DNA of 64,000 nucleotides from Candidatus Enterousia sp. (GTDB lineage Bacteria; Pseudomonadota; Alphaproteobacteria; Rs-D84): NCBI GenBank assembly GCA_045539815.1, contig JAZQGC010000009.1, positions 9,064 to 73,063 of the forward strand, read 5' to 3'. Shown piece by piece: positions 58,225 to 64,000 of this stretch (position 1 is its first letter; each line of letters starts with the position of its first letter). The notes under the pieces were generated by a model. It saw only the letters and a program-made list of their open reading frames with translations, ran no database searches and was not told where the DNA came from. The position numbers and the translations under genes were made by a program.

Positions 58225-59355
58225 ATGAATAAAAATCCATATGAAGTGTTGGGGGTCGCACGTGATGCGTCTGATGCAGATATAAAAAAAGCATACCATA
58301 AATTGGTGATGAAATATCATCCTGATAGAAATCCTGATAATAAAGATGCAGAAGAAAAATTCAAAGAAGTGAATAATGCTTTTGATATCCTGAAAGATCC
58401 ACAGAAAAGGGCGGCGTATGACCGATTCGGTGATGCCGCATTTGCCGCAGGTAATGCGTCTGGTGCCGGATTCGGTGGCGGAAACCCATTTGGTGATGGG
58501 GCCTTTCATTTTAATATGGGGGGCGCTGGCATGGAAGATATCCTGCGCGAGGCCATGCGTGGTTTTGGATTTGGCGGTGGCTTCGGTGGTGGTGCGCAAC
58601 GTGGTGCACCACAGCGCGGGGGACGCGATTTGTTGGATGAAGTGGTTATTGATTTAAAAGATGCTTTTTTTGGAAAAACACATACTGTTAAATTTTCCAG
58701 TAATGTAACATGTGAAAAGTGTCACGGTTTTGGTACAGATGACGGAAAGCCAGCACCTGTGTGTTCGCGATGTGGTGGCAGCGGATATGTACAAACCAGA
58801 CAAGGTTTTTTTGTAACAGAGGCGCCATGTCCAGAATGTAATGGATTGGGCAGAAAAATCACCAAGAAGTGTTCTGAATGTGATGGAACAGGTACAGAAC
58901 ACAAACAACGTACATTAGAGGTAAAAATACCCGCCGGTGTGGAAGATGGGACCAGACTGCGTTTGGCAGGTCAGGGTGAGGCAGGTGCCAATGGTGGGGC
59001 CGCAGGTGACTTTTATTTAGATATCAGGGTGCGCCCAGACAAACGTTTTGAACGCGATGGAAATGATTTAATTATGCGTGTTGATGTTCCTTTTACTGTT
59101 TTGGCGTTGGGCGGTGAAATAGAAATTGATACAATTGATGATAAAAAATTGGCTGTAAAAGTTCCTGCGGGAACCCAGGTCGGCGAGAAATTGCGCGTTC
59201 GTGGTCATGGGATGCCATCTGCACGCAGAAGTGGAAGCTTTGGTGATTTGTATATAGATATTGCTGTACGAATCCCAACCAAGCTGACAGAAAAACAGAA
59301 AAAATTATTAAATGAATTTGCAGGAACCAAGACTGATAAAAAAGGCTGGTTCTGA
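58225..59355 (+). CDS. dnaJ: molecular chaperone DnaJ
   Basis: J-domain YHPDRN, a G/F-rich region, and four CxxCxGxG repeats. Confidence 0.9.
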   Translation: MNKNPYEVLGVARDASDADIKKAYHKLVMKYHPDRNPDNKDAEEKFKEVNNAFDILKDPQKRAAYDRFGDAAFAAGNASGAGFGGGNPFGDGAFHFNMGGAGMEDILREAMRGFGFGGGFGGGAQRGAPQRGGRDLLDEVVIDLKDAFFGKTHTVKFSSNVTCEKCHGFGTDDGKPAPVCSRCGGSGYVQTRQGFFVTEAPCPECNGLGRKITKKCSECDGTGTEHKQRTLEVKIPAGVEDGTRLRLAGQGEAGANGGAAGDFYLDIRVRPDKRFERDGNDLIMRVDVPFTVLALGGEIEIDTIDDKKLAVKVPAGTQVGEKLRVRGHGMPSARRSGSFGDLYIDIAVRIPTKLTEKQKKLLNEFAGTKTDKKGWF

Positions 59356-59363
59356 TAAATAAT

Positions 59364-59389
59364 AAAAACCGCCAAAGTGGCGGTTTTTA
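59364..59389 (+). terminator. intrinsic terminator after dnaJ
   Basis: aaccgcc-aaagt-ggcggtt followed by T5. Confidence 0.65.
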
Positions 59390-59407
59390 TGCGTATACAG
59401 TGTTTTT

Positions 59408-59650
59408 TTAATGCTGTTTTTCTGTGGATGTAATTGTCATGTTTTGTTTTATGGTGTCCATTTTTTGTGTAAATTGTGTGCGTGCGGCGTCGCGTTTTTC
59501 TTGGTCTTTTTGCAATACAGGATATGCAATCGAGAAAATTGTTAATATGAATGCACCAAGTACCGTGCTGACGGCCAATAGCGCGAATTTTGGGTTGTTA
59601 TCAACCTTGTCTTTAAAATTTTCGTATTTTGTTTTGATTTTGTTTAACAT
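59408..59650 (-). CDS. small membrane protein (80 aa), hypothetical
   Basis: A single TM helix FALLAVSTVLGAFILTIFSIAYPVL. Confidence 0.35.
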   Translation of the reverse strand: MLNKIKTKYENFKDKVDNNPKFALLAVSTVLGAFILTIFSIAYPVLQKDQEKRDAARTQFTQKMDTIKQNMTITSTEKQH

Positions 59651-59765
59651 GTTCTGTTTATTCCTTGTATTCTGTTTGGTTGGAAACTAAATTTACCATA
59701 AATCATTTGCAAGTCAAGGGTTGAAAAAAACCACAATCTTTATGTGATTGTGGTTTTTTGTGTGT

Positions 59766-60365
59766 TTATTTTAATTTTTTCATATGTCCCAGAAATGTCA
59801 TTGTGTATTCTGTTGCAGACCATACAGATGCAATCAGTGCCAACCATATGCCATATATACCAATCTGTGGCAGAATAATTATTGACCATAATAAGGCGCG
59901 GCTGGTTATGCCTGGGTTAATAATAGTGCTGATTGCAAACATTAATAAAAACGCTGCAATGGCAATCATCTGTAATGTTGTTTTTATTTTGCCCATGGAA
60001 AAACGCGCCTTGGGGACAGGCATTTCTATTTTTTGTGTGCCCAAGAATTCACGCAGACCACTGATGTACAATTCACGTGAAATCATGATGATTACGGGTA
60101 CTATTATAAACCATACTGGCATCATAATTGTCAGCATTATTAATGTGTTTACCACCAATAATTTATCGCCAATATGATCCATTACGCCGCCGATTTTTGT
60201 GCATACATTGTATTTGCGCGCCAGGTATCCATCAAACCAATCGGACATTGCGGCCAATGTGTACAGAATAAATGATACCCAATACCATTGCAGTAATAAT
60301 GTGGGAATTATTACAAATGATGCAGCAATGCGAAATGCTGATAAAAAGTTTACAAAAAATTTCAT
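59766..60365 (-). CDS. pgsA: CDP-diacylglycerol--glycerol-3-phosphate 3-phosphatidyltransferase
   Basis: CDP-alcohol phosphatidyltransferase motif DWFDGYLARKYN…GGVMDHIGDK. Confidence 0.8.
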   Translation of the reverse strand: MKFFVNFLSAFRIAASFVIIPTLLLQWYWVSFILYTLAAMSDWFDGYLARKYNVCTKIGGVMDHIGDKLLVVNTLIMLTIMMPVWFIIVPVIIMISRELYISGLREFLGTQKIEMPVPKARFSMGKIKTTLQMIAIAAFLLMFAISTIINPGITSRALLWSIIILPQIGIYGIWLALIASVWSATEYTMTFLGHMKKLK

Positions 60366-60402
60366 AATATTTTTCTCCTTGGTTAGTTTGTTTATGTGTG
60401 TA

Positions 60403-61830
60403 TTATATCACTTCTGAATGAAAATGGGCATATATTTTTTTTGCAGCATCTTTTCCCAGGCCGGGGACACGAATCAGGGCACTTTGGTCGGCGTCCATTA
60501 TCGCGCGTACGGAACCAAAGTGTTGTAATAACGCGCGTTTTCTGGTTGGACCAATTCCGTCAATGTCGTCCAAGACAGATGATGTCATTTGTTTTGCGCG
60601 CAGTGTTCTGTGGTATGTGATTACAAAACGGTGTGCTTCGTCACGGACGGTGCGTAACATTAAAAACAGTGCGCTGTCTTTTGGCAGGTCTGTTGATATC
60701 GTTCCATCTGGTAATATAAAATGTTCGTCGCCGTCGCGTACTTCGCCCTTGGTTACGCCCATGACGGGAATGTTGGGCGCGGTCTTTTTTGCAATGTTCC
60801 ATTGTGCGGGACCACCATCAACGATTATTAAATCCAGTTTTGGACCACGTGATATTGCGCGTGTTATGAATTCTTGCATCATTGCAATATCGTTTCCGGC
60901 ACGCGATTTATCTTGTAATTTAAAATGTCTGTATCCTGACTTTATAAAACCTTCATGACCAAAAGTTATCATTGCGCCAACAGGATTTTTCCCAAATAAA
61001 TGAGAATTATCAAACACGCCAACAGTTTTAACCGTTATATTTAACCATTTTTCCAAATCGGATACATTTTTGTCCCAGTTAATATCGGCTGTGTACGGCT
61101 GTTTTTGGCGTATACCGCGATTTGAAGTATGTGTTAATGCGGCGATTTTGTCGCGAATTATTGCGGCAGATTCAAAATCCATTTTATCTGACAGGTGTTG
61201 CATTTGTTTTGTTAAATCTGTAATTATTGGCTGGCTGTCGCCGGTCAGTATTTTTCGTGCTATACGCATGTTTTCTGCGTATTTTTGTTTGTCGGGGTAA
61301 CAACATGGTGCGCAACATCGGCCAATTTGATGCAATAAGCACGGTCGTGTTCTGTTGCGCATTTGTGTGTCTGTACATGTTCGAATTTGACATACTTTTT
61401 GGATAGTTTTTATTGTTTCGTTTAATGCCGATACAGATGGATATGGGCCGTATACATCATGCCGTTGAGATATTTTGCCGCGAAATTTTAATAAACGCGG
61501 ATAATCTGATTTTGTTAATGCCAACATTGGATACATTTTTCCATCTGTCAGCATTATGTTATATTTTGGTTTTTGGTTTTTTATAAGTTCTTGTTCGCGT
61601 ATTAATGCGTCTGATTCTGTGGGGACTGTTTCCCATTCTATTCTGTGAACCAGTGTGCGCATAACCTGTTTGTGTAATTCCAGTTTTGATATGTCAGTGT
61701 ATTGGCGCAGGCGTGTCATCAGATTTTTTGCCTTGCCAACATATAACAGGTTGCCATCGGCGTCGTACATCTTATAGACACCAGGGGCATTAGGAGCATT
61801 TTCTATTAAATCTGTAAATTGAATATTCAT
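60403..61830 (-). CDS. uvrC: excinuclease ABC subunit C (short form, 475 aa)
   Basis: GIY-YIG motif GVYKMYD…LYVGKAKNL, a Cys-rich segment, and a C-terminal RNase H-like domain with HhH (IDGIGPTRKRALLQHFGS). Confidence 0.8.
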   Translation of the reverse strand: MNIQFTDLIENAPNAPGVYKMYDADGNLLYVGKAKNLMTRLRQYTDISKLELHKQVMRTLVHRIEWETVPTESDALIREQELIKNQKPKYNIMLTDGKMYPMLALTKSDYPRLLKFRGKISQRHDVYGPYPSVSALNETIKTIQKVCQIRTCTDTQMRNRTRPCLLHQIGRCCAPCCYPDKQKYAENMRIARKILTGDSQPIITDLTKQMQHLSDKMDFESAAIIRDKIAALTHTSNRGIRQKQPYTADINWDKNVSDLEKWLNITVKTVGVFDNSHLFGKNPVGAMITFGHEGFIKSGYRHFKLQDKSRAGNDIAMMQEFITRAISRGPKLDLIIVDGGPAQWNIAKKTAPNIPVMGVTKGEVRDGDEHFILPDGTISTDLPKDSALFLMLRTVRDEAHRFVITYHRTLRAKQMTSSVLDDIDGIGPTRKRALLQHFGSVRAIMDADQSALIRVPGLGKDAAKKIYAHFHSEVI

Positions 61831-61880
61831 AACTTTTATGATAGAATATTAATTGTTAAATAGCAAATAGAGGTTTAAGT

Positions 61881-62345
61881 ATGAAACAAGAATCAGGACG
61901 TTCAATGATTGAAATGTTGGGTGTGTTGGCAATTATGGGGGTTATTACCGTCGGTGCAATCGGTATGATATCTACTGCAATGAAAACACAAAAGTTGACG
62001 GCTGTTAATGACGAAGTAATGCAAATTGTTACAATGATCAGAAATATTCATGCGGAATATGATGATTTTTCAAATATGAACAGTGCGACAATATTCAGTG
62101 CAATTGGTGTGTCTGATAAAAATCCATATGGTGGTTCTTATTCAGTGGCTGTAAACCCCAGTAATCCGCGTCAATTCGTTCTGACAATTGATGGGCTGGG
62201 ACAGTCTGAATGCGAAGCTTTGCGTGTCAAGGCATGGTCTGATTCTGTGGGGTACAGAATGTCTGATGGCAAGGCAGGTGGTGCAACAGGTGATTGTACA
62301 AATGCAAATGGTGCAAATTCGGTACAAATTGTGTATGGTGAATAA
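61881..62345 (+). CDS. type IV pilin-like protein (prepilin with class III signal, E at +5, C-terminal disulfide loop)
   Basis: MKQESG|RSMIEMLGVLAIMGVITVGAIG has Gly at -1, Glu at +5 and a hydrophobic alpha-1 helix. Two Cys lie about 27 residues apart near the C-terminus (D-region). Confidence 0.6.
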   Translation: MKQESGRSMIEMLGVLAIMGVITVGAIGMISTAMKTQKLTAVNDEVMQIVTMIRNIHAEYDDFSNMNSATIFSAIGVSDKNPYGGSYSVAVNPSNPRQFVLTIDGLGQSECEALRVKAWSDSVGYRMSDGKAGGATGDCTNANGANSVQIVYGE

Positions 62346-62354
62346 TATTAAAAT

Positions 62355-63326
62355 ATGGCTGATTTGATATTTATTTCACAGGTAGAAGAAGGTACGCGTT
62401 TGTTGCGCTGGTTTTTGCGTCATTTTCCAGGGATGCATCAACGCGATTTTTTTAAATTGTGTCGCGGTGGTCAGATACGTGTAAATTCTAAACGGGTTAA
62501 AGGACAAGAAATATTGCGTGCAGGTGATGCGATTCGTATTCCGCCAACCATGTCTGGATTTGTTCAAGATGTATCAAAAAAGACAGAAAGTGGTGACAGA
62601 TTTTCATTGGCTGATTTAGAGGTTTTACGCAAATGTATCGTGCATAACGATGCAGATATTGTTGTATTTAATAAACCTGCGGGATTGGCGGTGCAGGGCG
62701 GAACAGGTATCAGAAAGTCTGTGGATAAAATGGCGGCGGCATTATTTCCATATGATAAAATTTCATTGGTGCATCGTTTGGACAAAGAAACCAGTGGTTT
62801 GTTGGTCGTTGCAAAAAATCAAAAGGCGGCCCAGTATTTGGCGGATGCGTTTCAAAATAAAAAAGCACACAAAGAATATTTGGCGTTGTTAAATGGTGAT
62901 GTTAGCCCAAAGCAGGGCGTAATTGATAACTATATGTTAAAGGGTCGCGTGTTTGATGATGGGGGCCGTGTTAACAATGGTACAGGACAGCGACCACAAC
63001 GCGCCATAACGGAATATAGTGTGCTGTCGCATGTTGCAGGGTGTGGAACCTGGGTTCGTTTTGCGCCAAAAACAGGGCGTACACATCAGTTGCGATTACA
63101 CAGTGCGTTGTCGTTGCGTGCACCGATTGTTGGGGATTCTTTGTATGGGCGTGATTCTGATGTTGGGGCAGAATTAAAATCGGTACTGACGACAAATAAT
63201 TTGTTTTTGTTTGCGTATAAATTGACTTTTCAGCATCCGGCCACGGGAAAAATGTTGACTTTTCGGGCGACTGTTCCAGATTTTATGTTGCCTGTTATGA
63301 AGTTGTTGGAATTTAAGTTGCCATGA
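62355..63326 (+). CDS. rluC: RluA-family 23S rRNA pseudouridine synthase (RluC/RluD-like)
   Basis: S4 domain N-terminus and the catalytic motif HRLDKETSGLLVVAKN. Confidence 0.8.
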   Translation: MADLIFISQVEEGTRLLRWFLRHFPGMHQRDFFKLCRGGQIRVNSKRVKGQEILRAGDAIRIPPTMSGFVQDVSKKTESGDRFSLADLEVLRKCIVHNDADIVVFNKPAGLAVQGGTGIRKSVDKMAAALFPYDKISLVHRLDKETSGLLVVAKNQKAAQYLADAFQNKKAHKEYLALLNGDVSPKQGVIDNYMLKGRVFDDGGRVNNGTGQRPQRAITEYSVLSHVAGCGTWVRFAPKTGRTHQLRLHSALSLRAPIVGDSLYGRDSDVGAELKSVLTTNNLFLFAYKLTFQHPATGKMLTFRATVPDFMLPVMKLLEFKLP

Positions 63327-64000
63327 TTGTACGCAGAAGTTTATTTTTTCCAATCTTGAAAATTTTGTGCTTGATGCTGATTGTTTTGGCTGTTGCTGTA
63401 TTTGTTGCATTAAAGCAAGTAAATTTAGAGACCCTGCGTGGCAGGGTTGTGACAATCCTGCAAGAGGCAACAGGATTGCCTGTTCAGGTGGATGGTGCTG
63501 TTTCGTGGCGGTTTTCTGTCAGACCCTATATTGAATTAGAACAGGTGCGGGTGGCAAATGCTGATTGGGCAAAAAATAAGTATGCGATTGAGGCAGATAA
63601 AATAGATGTTCGTTTGAATTTATTTTCTGTGTTCCGTGACAGGCCAACAATACAAAATGTTAAAATTTATGACGCCAAGGTAAATGTTGAAAAAAACAAG
63701 GATGGAAATTACTCGATTAAGTTGGCAAAAAAAATAAAACAAACTAATGCACCAGTTGTTGGACCTGATGTGTATCCGTTTGCGGATATGGGACTGGGCG
63801 GGGTAGAGGTCAGAAACCTGAAAGTTCATTTTGATAAATATGATTTTGACTTGGCTGGATTTAATGTCAGGTTAATGCCAGACGTGGACAGACGTGAATA
63901 TTCTGGTTGGATAAAATTTGATAAAGATGTGGCGCCGTTTATTGTGTCGATGGGAAAATATAATTCTGAACGGAAAATATATCCCGTTCAGGTGGCGTTA
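63323..64000 (+). CDS. AsmA-family protein, 3'-truncated at the window edge
   Basis: The ATG overlaps the rluC stop (ATGA). An N-terminal TM helix is followed by an AsmA-like N-terminal domain (…LQEATGLPVQVDGAVSWRFSVRPYIEL…). The frame is open to the window end. Confidence 0.5.
   Translation, partial: MIVRRSLFFPILKILCLMLIVLAVAVFVALKQVNLETLRGRVVTILQEATGLPVQVDGAVSWRFSVRPYIELEQVRVANADWAKNKYAIEADKIDVRLNLFSVFRDRPTIQNVKIYDAKVNVEKNKDGNYSIKLAKKIKQTNAPVVGPDVYPFADMGLGGVEVRNLKVHFDKYDFDLAGFNVRLMPDVDRREYSGWIKFDKDVAPFIVSMGKYNSERKIYPVQVAL

Overview
The window is a 64-kb, visibly AT-rich stretch of chromosome with alphaproteobacterial-type gene content, densely packed with compact operons. It reads like the core genome of a reduced-genome lineage. 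That is an inference from the MucR/Ros regulator, the RHH_4 protein, gatCAB, split sufBC and sufSTE operons, and the many intrinsic terminators of the form 'AAAAATCCCC-N4-GGGGATTTTT'.

Housekeeping genes recognised:
- cell division and DNA metabolism: ftsK, rarA, ftsL-ftsI, recJ, nrnA, ruvX, dprA, dnaA, parE, uvrC
- translation and RNA: gltX, thrS, trmB, miaB, gatB/gatA/gatC, rpsT, rluC, tRNA-Lys(CTT), tRNA-Phe(GAA)
- Fe-S assembly: sufB, sufC, sufS, sufT, sufE
- envelope, secretion and stress: tatA, tatB-tatC, nlpD, lolA-like, plsY, pgsA, dnaJ, trxA, dksA
- one in-frame ybeY-lnt fusion ORF

Less ordinary content:
- (a) a TcpQ-like protein plus a lipoprotein secretin pair (type-IVb-pilus-like outer-membrane module), followed by two tandem hairpin repeats with conserved loops and covarying stems, and elsewhere an orphan type IV pilin and dprA;
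- (b) two consecutive, unrecognised, cysteine-rich secreted proteins right after dnaA, one of them 943 aa with an Arg/Thr/Ala-rich tract and five ~45-aa four-Cys modules;
- (c) a five-gene island of hypothetical proteins (9.6-12.4 kb), four of them in a minus-strand operon ending in an RHH_4 protein;
- (d) a triple 10-bp palindrome at 11-bp spacing in the dprA-dnaA intergenic region;
- (e) a sufBC operon without sufD, a ThrRS lacking the N-terminal TGS domain, a 54-aa ORF inserted between gatC and gatA, and a SodC-like lipoprotein with lost metal ligands beside a Dps-like gene.

No IS elements, integrases, CRISPR arrays or rRNA genes are visible.
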